A stretch of DNA of 64,000 nucleotides from Spirochaetia bacterium (lineage in GTDB: Bacteria; Spirochaetota; Spirochaetia; CADAEX01): contig OY759746.1 of the NCBI GenBank assembly GCA_963662795.1, positions 1,472,001 to 1,536,000 of the forward strand, in the 5' to 3' direction. Within the stretch, counting starts at the first letter, position 1. Every line of letters starts with the position of its first letter. Positions 19,102-28,376 of this stretch are shown here, in pieces. A model generated the notes under the pieces. That model was not told the origin of the DNA and made no database searches. It worked only from the letters and a program-made list of their open reading frames with translations. The position numbers and the translations under genes are program-made.

Positions 19102-19168
19102 TCTTTTTTGATTATTATCCCGGTTTACCCCCTTCTTTTGTGCCGGAATTTTCGATTTTAACCCATTA

Positions 19169-19197
19169 TTGACAACAGTACTTAATGATTGTAGAGT
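19169..19197 (+). promoter_or_regulatory. Sigma70-type promoter of murA (probably leaderless)
   Basis: TTGACA (19169-19174), 17 bp, TAGAGT (19192-19197); ATG lies 7 nt downstream. Confidence 0.6.
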
Positions 19198-19204
19198 CTG
19201 AAAT

Positions 19205-20491
19205 ATGTGCAGATATCATGTTGACGGGTCTTTTCCCATTAAAGGAAAAATAAAGGCAAGCGGTAATAAAAACGCGGCGCTTCCGTGTATCGCGGCAGCG
19301 CTCCTTTCAGACAGCGAGGTTATCCTTGAAAATCTGCCGGAGATTGAAGATGTTTCTGTTATGCTCTCCATTGCGTCCAAGCTGGGAGCAGCAGTTAAAA
19401 AAATAAAACCCACCGAGTATTCAATAAAAACAGGCAATTTAAAATCCGAACTTCCGCTTGAAGAAGCAAAAGCTGTCAGGGCCTCAATTCTTTTTGCAGG
19501 TCCCCTTCTTGCCAGAACAGGAAAAGTTGTTTTCCCGCCTCCAGGCGGTGACGTAATAGGCCGGCGGCGTCTTGATACCCATTTTATTGCGTTTTCCGAG
19601 CTTGGCGCAAGGATTGAAATGGACGGCTTTTTCAAGCTGACGGCAAACAAACTGGTAGGGGTTGATCTGTTTCTTGATGAAGCATCTGTCACAGCAACGG
19701 AAAATGCGATTATGGCATCAGTCCTCGCGGAAGGGAAGACAATTATCCAGAATGCCGCATCAGAGCCTCATGTCCAGGACCTGTGCAAAATGCTTGTTTC
19801 CATGGGGGCAAAAATAGCGGGAATCGGTTCCAATATCCTGTTTATTGACGGAGTTAAAAAGCTTTCGGGAACACGCTATAAAATCGGCTCTGATTTGATT
19901 GAGGTGGGTTCTTTTATAGGGCTTGCCGCAGTTACAAGGGGAGAACTTGAAATAGAAGATGCGGTTGCATCAGACCTTAGAATGACCAGAATTGCTTTTG
20001 CAAAACTGGGGATACACTGGGAAACTGACGGCAGTGTCATAAGGATCAAGCCCGGTCTTCAGCTGAAGGTTGTTCCTGACCTTGGCGGACAGATTCCGAC
20101 TATTGATGATGCGCCATGGCCCGGTTTTCCTCCCGACCTTACAAGTATAATAACTGTCGTTGCGACCCAGGTTGAGGGGACTGTTCTTATCCACGAGAAG
20201 ATGTTTGAATCAAGGATGTTTTTTGTAGACAAGCTTATCGGGATGGGAGCCCGGATTATCCTGTGCGACCCACACAGGGCTGTTGTAAGCGGCCCGTGCC
20301 GGCTTAAGGGGAGCGAGCTGGTCTCTCCCGATATAAGGGCAGGTATGGCAATGCTGATAGCTTCTCTCTGTGCAGAGGGTAAAAGCGAAATAAAAAACGT
20401 TTATCAGATTGAGCGGGGATATGAGAATCTTGTTAAAAGGTTAAAGCTGCTCGGAGCAAGAATTGAAAAGAAAAATGCTTCTGACTGCTGA
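19205..20491 (+). CDS. murA: UDP-N-acetylglucosamine 1-carboxyvinyltransferase
   Basis: [23 protein letters not shown] (Asp at the fosfomycin-target Cys position), DIRAG, IERGYE. Confidence 0.96.
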   Translation: MCRYHVDGSFPIKGKIKASGNKNAALPCIAAALLSDSEVILENLPEIEDVSVMLSIASKLGAAVKKIKPTEYSIKTGNLKSELPLEEAKAVRASILFAGPLLARTGKVVFPPPGGDVIGRRRLDTHFIAFSELGARIEMDGFFKLTANKLVGVDLFLDEASVTATENAIMASVLAEGKTIIQNAASEPHVQDLCKMLVSMGAKIAGIGSNILFIDGVKKLSGTRYKIGSDLIEVGSFIGLAAVTRGELEIEDAVASDLRMTRIAFAKLGIHWETDGSVIRIKPGLQLKVVPDLGGQIPTIDDAPWPGFPPDLTSIITVVATQVEGTVLIHEKMFESRMFFVDKLIGMGARIILCDPHRAVVSGPCRLKGSELVSPDIRAGMAMLIASLCAEGKSEIKNVYQIERGYENLVKRLKLLGARIEKKNASDC

Positions 20492-20497
20492 AGATTT

Positions 20498-22198
20498 TCA
20501 GGAATTTTTAATTGATGAAGCTTTATTGATTGTAAATAAGAGAATCCCGAAAATTTCAGCAAATGTTATAATTGAGTAGATAATTGCTGTTTTCAGCATT
20601 CCCAGTTCTCCCATAAAAATTGTTATCATTCCTGTTTTAAGATAAATAATGCTGTTTTCAAAAAGATAGATAAGGAGAACCGCCGCGGGAAGGAGGATCA
20701 GTGAAAAATAGTTTTTCCCCCTGTTTCTCTTTAAAAAGGATATTCCTGCTGCCATAACTGCAAGCAGCGTAAATACAAAATTGAAAAACCTTATAAACCT
20801 GATAAAAAGTTCCCTTGCCGGAGCAGTTTTTCCCGCCCCTGACGCGGCCAGCATTCCAAGATGATCAGCAAGATATGATGTTTTTATTTTCTTGAGGCGG
20901 GTATCTTCCAATCCCATGAAAAGCAGCGCTTCCTGGGGAATCTCAAGTTTTACTGAATATATTTTTTCACTTTCTTTCCCTTTAATTACCTCAGGCGGGA
21001 TCATCATTTTTGTATCCCTTCCGATGCACAGCATATTGAGATCGCCGTCGATTGATTTTCCATACATCGAATGGATCTGGTTTTTGATTTCACCTTTTTC
21101 AGACAGGTGTATTATATCGATATCAAAAAAATAGACACTGTCTCCTGAAAAGATAATTTTTTCTGCCAGGATAAGCTCCTTTCCTGTCTTGTCTGATTTA
21201 TTTACAAAAGCGATCTCTGTTTTTCCAGGCGCGAAATAGAATTTTATTATATCCTCATAAAAAAATGAGATTCCGGTAAGATGTGAAAAAACTTCTTCCC
21301 CCATATCAGCCAGTTCCGGGTCAGTTTTATATGCCAGTGAAAGCTGATGGAAAAGATAATAGGCTTTCTGATATTCCTTTTCATTGATAAGTTTTTCAAG
21401 TTCAAGTTTTCCGTCATAAAGTCTTTCTTCCCTGTTTTTATCCGGAGTATATAAGGTAAGCTTCTTCTCTGCCCTTTTTAAAATTTCACCGGCTTTTTTT
21501 CTGCTGCTTTTTAAACGGCCGGCCATTTGCCCGTAATAAACTGCTGAAGGGTAATCTCCATTTTTGAAATACTTCTCCGCGGTGTCAAGGAGCCTGCTGC
21601 CTGTTATAAAATCCTCAGAATAACTGCCTGCAATTTCTTTATCCTGCTCCTTTCTCCCGGATTCATTATCCGGAAGAGCTATTATGATAGCGCTCTTTTT
21701 TTCATTTATCTCTTTGTTGTTCGGGTCTAAGTAAAGATAAAGATCTGCAAAAACGCGGGCTTCCTCAAGCTTTCCCTCATTCAGATTTTTTATTGTTTCT
21801 TCAAAATATAATTTTCCGGAACCTGACAACTGTTTCAGCCACTCCTTTTTTTCGATTAATACCGGTTCTGTTACAAAAACGAAAAGCAGATAAATAATTA
21901 CAGATGGAATAGCTGCCGGCAGCACAGACAGTATTATTGCCGCCCCGCTTGCAGACGGGGTTTTATCTTTTCCGGAAATTCTGTCTGTCATTACAAGCAT
22001 GATAAAAAGAGCTGCGGCGGTTATGGGAAGGAACAGCCTCGAATATATGTAGAATATGTTTATTATAATATATGGGGTATTTAAAACTGAAATTTGCAGT
22101 TTTTCATGTATCAAAAGGGAGTATAAAACAATAAGTATCAAGGAAAACAGATGAGTAAGGAACAGATACTTGATGCTGCGTCCTGTTGTAAGTTTCAT
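20498..22198 (-). CDS. Hypothetical membrane protein (3 TM, large helical/TPR-like soluble domain, 3 TM)
   Basis: 566 aa ORF with hydrophobic helices at both ends; overlaps the upstream ORF by 4 nt. Confidence 0.7.
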   Translation of the reverse strand: MKLTTGRSIKYLFLTHLFSLILIVLYSLLIHEKLQISVLNTPYIIINIFYIYSRLFLPITAAALFIMLVMTDRISGKDKTPSASGAAIILSVLPAAIPSVIIYLLFVFVTEPVLIEKKEWLKQLSGSGKLYFEETIKNLNEGKLEEARVFADLYLYLDPNNKEINEKKSAIIIALPDNESGRKEQDKEIAGSYSEDFITGSRLLDTAEKYFKNGDYPSAVYYGQMAGRLKSSRKKAGEILKRAEKKLTLYTPDKNREERLYDGKLELEKLINEKEYQKAYYLFHQLSLAYKTDPELADMGEEVFSHLTGISFFYEDIIKFYFAPGKTEIAFVNKSDKTGKELILAEKIIFSGDSVYFFDIDIIHLSEKGEIKNQIHSMYGKSIDGDLNMLCIGRDTKMMIPPEVIKGKESEKIYSVKLEIPQEALLFMGLEDTRLKKIKTSYLADHLGMLAASGAGKTAPARELFIRFIRFFNFVFTLLAVMAAGISFLKRNRGKNYFSLILLPAAVLLIYLFENSIIYLKTGMITIFMGELGMLKTAIIYSIITFAEIFGILLFTINKASSIKNS

Positions 22199-23094
22199 CT
22201 TCGGTTTACTCCGGTTATTTTTTTAATTAAAAAAGCAGCTGTGATAACACCAGTGATAATCAGGTATAATAAATACCAGGTTAATGTTTTGTCCGGGAAC
22301 AGGCCGGGAAGGTTTTCTGCCGAAAGGGGGAGCGGAATTCTTTGAAGATGATAATTACTCAGGATAAAAAGAAAGACAAAAAACTGGGAAAACATGTAGT
22401 TTATTACGGGCCAGCTCCCTGAAGAAAAAAAGATTGAAATTGCAGTGACAGAAATAATAACAGACATTGCTTTTAAAGTTTTTCTGTAGAGTGAAGAGAG
22501 GCCGCCCCTGCTGATATCAGCAGAAATATTTGAAGAATATTTTATAAGAGCGTTGAAAAATTTGTTCCACGGGTTTTCTGTCTCCAGTTTATATTCCCCT
22601 TCCACAGATGAGAGCTTTAATTTCATGTTCTCATTTATCTTGTAATTTCCTCTGTAAACAGCCGGACTGGAAGGGGATGATGAAGCTGAAGCTGAAGAAG
22701 GTGAGATCTGTGAACCGGTTTTTTTATTTATGATAAGTCCTGTCAGTGTTCTGTTTTCTATATTATCAACAAAAAGAAGATTTTTACCAGACTTGTAAAA
22801 TCTTCCTGATTCAACATCAGGCTGGGAAAAAACAATGATGGAGTGAGGGAAAAAAACTCCGGCAGCTGTCAGGAGGAGAGAAAGTATTGCTGTTGTTGCG
22901 AGTGCGGTTAATAAGGGGTGTTTTTTCCTTTTTGCCCAGAATGACGGAATATAAAAAATCATTGAGATAAGTACTATAAGGGTAAGGTTTTCAGCGAAAA
23001 AAACAGTAAAAGCAGTCCCTGCATCTGATGCTGCAGCAAAATTCTGGGAAAAAACAATTACTGAACCGGCTGCAAAAAAAAATAAAAAAGACAT
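22195..23094 (-). CDS. Hypothetical membrane protein (3 TM, soluble loop, 3 TM)
   Basis: 299 aa ORF with several TM segments; coupled to the downstream ORF. Confidence 0.65.
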   Translation of the reverse strand: MSFLFFFAAGSVIVFSQNFAAASDAGTAFTVFFAENLTLIVLISMIFYIPSFWAKRKKHPLLTALATTAILSLLLTAAGVFFPHSIIVFSQPDVESGRFYKSGKNLLFVDNIENRTLTGLIINKKTGSQISPSSASASSSPSSPAVYRGNYKINENMKLKLSSVEGEYKLETENPWNKFFNALIKYSSNISADISRGGLSSLYRKTLKAMSVIISVTAISIFFSSGSWPVINYMFSQFFVFLFILSNYHLQRIPLPLSAENLPGLFPDKTLTWYLLYLIITGVITAAFLIKKITGVNRR

Positions 23095-23230
23095 AATATT
23101 TATTATTAAAGAGGCGATGACCTTACTCCTGTATTATGCTTAAAGAGATCCTGTGGTACTGTTTTTATGCTGATGCAGGACCGGATCAATCTTTTTAATG
23201 AATTTTATCATGTGCTGAACCCCATTGCAA

Positions 23231-23545
23231 TAATAATAATTTTATCCATAATGCGTGCCCTTAGGGGATAAGCTGTTGTTATGCACAGGCGGCAGCCTCT
23301 CCTGCACAAGTTATCCACAGGTAATTAAGGTTAATTATTTGTTATAATGTGCGGATGACAGTGCTTTTTCTGCAGAAAAAATAATTATTTACGGTAATTC
23401 GCCGGGTTGAGATTTAATAATTACTTATAATACATGTATTTATTTGTCTTTTCTCTAAAAAGCCAATTATTGAAAAAAATATTAAAAAGGCAAATAAAAA
23501 ACCTGCAGCTAACGGCAGGAAGTTATCCACAGGTTGTTAACAACA
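23231..23545. other. DnaA-box cluster in an AT-rich intergenic region (oriC-like or DnaA-titration site)
   Basis: Perfect TTATCCACA at 23311 and 23523, each inside an identical 15-mer AAGTTATCCACAGGT. Near-matches: TTATCCATA (23242), TTATGCACA (23279), TTATCCCCT (minus, 23263), TTAACAACA (23537). Confidence 0.6.
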
Positions 23546-23599
23546 GGTTTAATTTAAAAAAAGTTTTCGCTGTTTTTTGAAAAAAGAATAGAAAAGAGT

Positions 23600-24151
23600 T
23601 TATCCCAGGAAGACCTGTCCGTTATTGTCTATCGCAAGAATTGTCTTACATTCAGAACACCTGAATCTTCCTGCTTTTACTGCTTTAAGCTTCTTTGAAC
23701 AGATGGGACATTTGAATATTTTCGGGAATATTTCTGAAGATTTCTGGGGATTTCCCTTGTTAAAGAATTCAACCGCATCTTCGAGTGAATCTTTTATATT
23801 AAAAAACTGTGAAAAGCCAAGCAACTGGAATACTTCATAGACTTTTGGCTGTATTTCGAGAAGAACAATATCCCCTCCTCGCGGTTTTACTGTTTTGAGA
23901 AATGCTGTAAAAGACCCGATTCCTGTGCTTGATACATAATTAAGGCCGTTACAGTTGAAAATCAGTTTTATAAAACCCGAATCAACTGCTTTTGCGATTC
24001 TTTTCTGGAATGAATTGGAATTATATGTATCAATGTATCCGGTAAGGTATAGTACAAGACATTTGGGATCGCTTTCAACTTTTTGTAACCTGATTTTCAG
24101 ACTGTCATCTTTTTCATCATCAAACCCCGGTACTATTTCATTATTTGACAT
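23600..24151 (-). CDS. Anti-sigma factor antagonist (STAS) with C-terminal CxxC...CxxC zinc ribbon, spirochete type
   Basis: GYIDTYN, LNYVSSTGIG (phospho-Ser), VYEVFQLLGF; CPICSKK...RCSEC tail. Confidence 0.92.
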   Translation of the reverse strand: MSNNEIVPGFDDEKDDSLKIRLQKVESDPKCLVLYLTGYIDTYNSNSFQKRIAKAVDSGFIKLIFNCNGLNYVSSTGIGSFTAFLKTVKPRGGDIVLLEIQPKVYEVFQLLGFSQFFNIKDSLEDAVEFFNKGNPQKSSEIFPKIFKCPICSKKLKAVKAGRFRCSECKTILAIDNNGQVFLG

Positions 24152-24356
24152 ATATATACCTTTTTATAGAAAATAATTTTGCAAAATACTGATTTTTCTT
24201 TTTATAATAAAAGTTAATCATTATTTTGTCAAATAATATATAGTTAAGCAACTATTCCGATATTAATTATTATCGGCAGGATATAACCATTTTGTTTATG
24301 GTTTATTTTGCAAATATGGTATAATATCCGAAATTATCTGTTTTTCAGGGGGCGGA

Positions 24357-24836
24357 ATGAATAAAAACCTGTTTATATTTTTTATTATTTTTATTTCATA
24401 CAGCGCTGCGCTTACTGCACAGGAAGCGCCCGGATTTGATAATGTTGTTAATTTTAATATCTCCTTAAAAGACCTTGATGCTCTTGCCAAAAACAATAAA
24501 GTAAAATCCATAGGTGACAAATATCTTATTTTAAACGGGGCAGTTTCTGAATATATGGTTACGGACAAGGAAGATGACAGCTACACAGTTGAAATTGTGC
24601 TTGTCAACGGTGAGTGGGCTGGAATTTCCGATGTGTATATCTACAGAAGCATAATTGTGTTCAAAGGCCCTGAGTTTAAGGAAAAATTTCCTGAGAGAAG
24701 AAGAAGCACTCCCGGCCCTGAAGAAATACCGGTAAATTCCGGTCTTATTGTTGTAGCAAAATTTCTGGAAGTCAGAAACGAGGGGGGGATGGTTATTCCT
24801 GTCCTTGACGGTAAATATCTTAGAGTATACAAATGA
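24357..24836 (+). CDS. Hypothetical exported protein
   Basis: Signal peptide (…AALTA-QE); 159 aa; SD-like GGGGGCGG upstream. Confidence 0.7.
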   Translation: MNKNLFIFFIIFISYSAALTAQEAPGFDNVVNFNISLKDLDALAKNNKVKSIGDKYLILNGAVSEYMVTDKEDDSYTVEIVLVNGEWAGISDVYIYRSIIVFKGPEFKEKFPERRRSTPGPEEIPVNSGLIVVAKFLEVRNEGGMVIPVLDGKYLRVYK

Positions 24837-24904
24837 CCCTGCCGTACCGGCTGCCGGACAGGAAAATATGGCCGTGCCTGAATACTACCCCGGAGTTTTT
24901 TTAA

Positions 24905-25771
24905 ATGAAGCAGTATTTTGATCTTGTAAAATATGTTCTTGAAAATGGAAAAAGAAAGGAAAACCGCACAGGAGTAGCGACTTTAAGCTGTTTTTCCTGT
25001 TTTTATAAAGTTGATCTTGCTCAGGGGTATCCCCTGCTTACTACAAAAAAAATCTTTTTTAATTCAATGCTCAGGGAGCTCCTCTGGTATCTTTCAGGCG
25101 AGGAGCATATCAAAAATCTTAAAAAACACACAAAAATATGGGATTCCTGGGCTGATGAGGAAGGACATCTGGAGACTGCATACGGCAGGTTCTGGAGAAG
25201 GTTTCCTGTTCCTGAAAAAGGGCTTGACGGAGAAGTCTGGTCAGACAGCAGGTGGGTCAGCATGGACCCGGTTACAGGATATCCGGTTTTTGACCAGATT
25301 CAGTACATCATCGATTCGCTTAAGGAAATCAGGGAAAACCCTTATTCAAGTGCTTTGAGGCGCCTTGTTGTTTCTGCGTGGCACCCTGCCAACGCATCTG
25401 TAAGCAGACTTCCCCCCTGTCATTACACTTTCTGCTTTAATGTATCTGACGGAAAACTCAACTGCCATTTGACTCAAAGATCCGCAGATATAGCACTTGG
25501 AGTTCCCTTTAATCTTGCGTGTTACTCTCTTCTTACCATTATGCTTGCCAAAGAATGCGGTTTTATCCCGGGAGAGTTTGCCCATACCCTGATTGACGCC
25601 CATATTTATGAAAACCATGTTGAAGGGCTTAAAATGCAGCTTGAAAGAAAACCGTCACCCCTGCCGGGGATTATAATTGCGGATAAGCCGTTCAATGAGC
25701 TTATGTTTGAGGATTTTGAACTTAAAGATTATAATCCCCAGCCTTTTATCAAATTCGAGGTGGCTGTTTGA
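24905..25771 (+). CDS. thyA: Thymidylate synthase
   Basis: NRTGV, PLLTTKK, ELLWYL, LPPCH (catalytic Cys), QRSADIALGVPFN, HIYENH. Confidence 0.96.
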   Translation: MKQYFDLVKYVLENGKRKENRTGVATLSCFSCFYKVDLAQGYPLLTTKKIFFNSMLRELLWYLSGEEHIKNLKKHTKIWDSWADEEGHLETAYGRFWRRFPVPEKGLDGEVWSDSRWVSMDPVTGYPVFDQIQYIIDSLKEIRENPYSSALRRLVVSAWHPANASVSRLPPCHYTFCFNVSDGKLNCHLTQRSADIALGVPFNLACYSLLTIMLAKECGFIPGEFAHTLIDAHIYENHVEGLKMQLERKPSPLPGIIIADKPFNELMFEDFELKDYNPQPFIKFEVAV

Positions 25772-26298
25772 CCGTTTCAATAAAGCCGGTAAAAGAAATA
25801 TCTCTAATTGCCGCAATGACAGGCAGAGGTGTGATCGGCAAAGGTAATAATCTGCCCTGGAATATATCAGAAGATTTAAAACTGTTTAAAAAGATAACTA
25901 TGGGAAATATCCTTATAATGGGGCGAAAGACTTACGAGTCAATAGGCAAACCGCTGCCGGGGCGAAAAAACTTTATTATAACATCAACCGCCCCGGAATC
26001 TTCTGCCGCGGAAATTTCTTCTTCCGCCCCGGTATTTGAAAATGGAAAAACCTATTATTTCGCCTCATTTTCTGATGCTGCTTCCGCTGCCTCATCAGCA
26101 GAGGGAAGTCCCTTCATTATCGGGGGAGCGTCCATATATGCGCATACCCTCCGTTATGCAGACAGAATGTATCTTTCAATGGTTAAAAAAGAGTATGACG
26201 GAGATGTTTATTTCCCCCGTTTTGACCTTGATGAATGGGTTTTGTCTGAAGAGAAAGATTTCGGCGGGTTTGTTTTAAAAGTACTGCTCCGCACTTGA
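25768..26298 (+). CDS. folA: Dihydrofolate reductase
   Basis: VIGKGNNLPW, MGRKTYESIGKPLPGRKN, IIGGASIY, GDVYFP; overlaps the thyA stop codon. Confidence 0.95.
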   Translation: MTVSIKPVKEISLIAAMTGRGVIGKGNNLPWNISEDLKLFKKITMGNILIMGRKTYESIGKPLPGRKNFIITSTAPESSAAEISSSAPVFENGKTYYFASFSDAASAASSAEGSPFIIGGASIYAHTLRYADRMYLSMVKKEYDGDVYFPRFDLDEWVLSEEKDFGGFVLKVLLRT

Positions 26299-28151
26299 GT
26301 GTGGGCTGATGAAGTGTGAGCAGATAATTTGCCGGCAGGTAAAGGGTGAGCCGGAATAAGCGATTCCCTTCTGCTTCCTATAAGATCGGTTCTTCCCGCC
26401 TTTTCAAGCGCCTTTCTTACCAGCTGATAGTTTTCCGGTTTGTGAAAATGAATCAAAGCTTTCTGCATTCTCTTTTCTTCGTCTGTCGAGGGAATATAAA
26501 CCTTTTTCATTGTAAGCGGATCAAATCCGGTATAATACATGCATGTAGAAAGCGTTCCCGGTGTAGGATAGAAATCCTGCACCTGATCCGGGATAAACCC
26601 GCTTTTCTTAAGATAAATGGCAAGTTCAATTGCATCCTCAAGTGTTGATCCGGGGTGGGATGATATGAAGTAGGGAACCAGAAACTGCTTTTTCCCTTCT
26701 TTCCTGTTCTCTTCATTAAATCGCGAAACAAATTCCTCGTATACCTTTGCAGGAGGTTTCCCCATCAGTGCAAGCACCCTGTCAGAGACATGTTCCGGCG
26801 CAATTTTAAGCTGTCCGCTGATGTGGTGAGAGCAAAGCTCTTCAAGGAAATTGCCCTTCCTGCCGGAGGCTACATCCGGGTCAAGAAGAAGATAGTCAAA
26901 CCTTATGCCGGACCTGATAAATACTTTTTTGACATTTTCCACTTTCCTGAGCTTCCGCAGGAGTGCAATATAGTCCCTGTGGTCTGCGTCAAGGTTTTTG
27001 CAGGGAAGGGGGGTAAGGCATCTTCTTTCACAGCATCCTTTTTTCATTTGCATTTTGCATGAAGGATTTCTGAAATTTGCCGTAGGCCCTCCGACATCAT
27101 GAATGTATCCCTTGAAATCTGATGCCGATGTAATAGCCTCAGCTTCCGCAATAATGGACTGGTGGCTTCTGCTCCTCACCCCTTTTCCCTGGTGGAAGGT
27201 GATGGAACAGAAGCTGCAGCTGCCGAAGCAGCCACGCGAACTTGTTATGCTGAACTTTATTTCCTTAAGAGCCGGTATTCCCCCTGCCCCGTCATAGACC
27301 GGATGGGCTTCCCTCGTATAGGGAAGAGCGTATACTTTGTCAAGCTCTTCCCTTTCAAGGGGAAATGCAGGTTTGTTCTGAATTATAAACTGCTCCCCGG
27401 TTTTTTCTGCAAGGACAGAAGCGGTAACCGGATCAGTATTTCTGTAAGCTGCCGCGTAGTTTTCGGCGAAAAGCTGTTTACTGCCTGCAGTTTCTTCATA
27501 AGAGTGAAGCACTGTTAAATCTTTCAGAGACGGCAATTGAGAGGTTCTGAATACTGTCCCCCTTATATCTGTAAGCGATTTTACGGTTTCTCCCGCGGCA
27601 AGTCTTTCCGCTATTTCCAGTATTGCTGTTTCCCCCATCCCGTAAACAAGAAGGTCTGCCTTGGAATCCGCAAGGATGCTTCTTCTAAGACTTCCGCTCC
27701 AGTAATCATAATGGGCAAGCCTCCTGAGCGATGCCTCAAGTCCGCCCAGAATTACAGCTGTGTCTTTATAAGCTTCCCTGATTCGGGCTGTGTAGGGAAT
27801 CAGTGCCCTGTCCGGGCGCAGTCCTGCTTTCCCTCCGGGAGAATAAAGATCGTCTCTTCTTTTTCTTTTAAAGGAAGTGTAATGGGCAACCATTGAATCT
27901 ATGTTTCCCGAAGTGACAAGAAATCCAAGCTCCGGACGGCCCATTATTTTAAAAGATTCGGGCCCTTCTCTCCACTGCGGCTGGGCAATTATTCCAACCC
28001 TGTATCCCCTGTCCTCAAGAACGCGGGAGATTACAGATGCTCCGAATGAAGGATGGTCCGCATATGCGTCACCCGTCACGAGAATAAAGTCAAGCTTTTT
28101 CCATCCTCTTTCATCCATCCCGTTCCTGTTAACCGGAAGAAATTTATTCAT
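26208..28151 (-). CDS. YgiQ/UPF0313 radical SAM protein (start set at MNKFLP)
   Basis: TGDAYADHPSFG, RRLAHYDYWS, RGCFGSCSFC (CxxxCxxC), QVQDFYPTP. Confidence 0.93.
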   Translation of the reverse strand: MNKFLPVNRNGMDERGWKKLDFILVTGDAYADHPSFGASVISRVLEDRGYRVGIIAQPQWREGPESFKIMGRPELGFLVTSGNIDSMVAHYTSFKRKRRDDLYSPGGKAGLRPDRALIPYTARIREAYKDTAVILGGLEASLRRLAHYDYWSGSLRRSILADSKADLLVYGMGETAILEIAERLAAGETVKSLTDIRGTVFRTSQLPSLKDLTVLHSYEETAGSKQLFAENYAAAYRNTDPVTASVLAEKTGEQFIIQNKPAFPLEREELDKVYALPYTREAHPVYDGAGGIPALKEIKFSITSSRGCFGSCSFCSITFHQGKGVRSRSHQSIIAEAEAITSASDFKGYIHDVGGPTANFRNPSCKMQMKKGCCERRCLTPLPCKNLDADHRDYIALLRKLRKVENVKKVFIRSGIRFDYLLLDPDVASGRKGNFLEELCSHHISGQLKIAPEHVSDRVLALMGKPPAKVYEEFVSRFNEENRKEGKKQFLVPYFISSHPGSTLEDAIELAIYLKKSGFIPDQVQDFYPTPGTLSTCMYYTGFDPLTMKKVYIPSTDEEKRMQKALIHFHKPENYQLVRKALEKAGRTDLIGSRRESLIPAHPLPAGKLSAHTSSAHTQVRSSTFKTNPPKSFSSDKTHSSRSKRGK

Positions 28152-28231
28152 ATATAAGTGATACGGTTTAAAAAAATAAAAGTCAATTTGCTGATAACCC
28201 GTCATTACCTGTATCAGTTCCTAAAAAGAAA

Positions 28232-28260
28232 TTGACTTATGCTTTTTTTGTTAGTATGAT
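28232..28260 (+). promoter_or_regulatory. Sigma70-type promoter
   Basis: TTGACT, 17 bp, TATGAT upstream of 28377. Confidence 0.55.
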
Positions 28261-28376
28261 AGGGATGTATCCCCATTTTATTAACATTTGTAATATAATA
28301 TATAATAAATATAGTAAGTATCACATTTTATTAATTAATAGATGATATAGTTATGCTCTTACTGTGAGGAGTTGAG

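Noticed and set aside
22670-22705. GCTGAA tandem repeats
   Set aside because: Encodes a short Ser/Ala linker; too few units for a contingency locus.
23308-23534. 15-bp direct repeat as a CRISPR array or att site
   Set aside because: Only two copies about 210 bp apart, no cas or integrase gene, and fully explained as DnaA boxes.
25985-26035. CCGCCCCGG repeat in the Ser/Ala-rich insert of folA
   Set aside because: A short low-complexity loop insertion with the frame intact.
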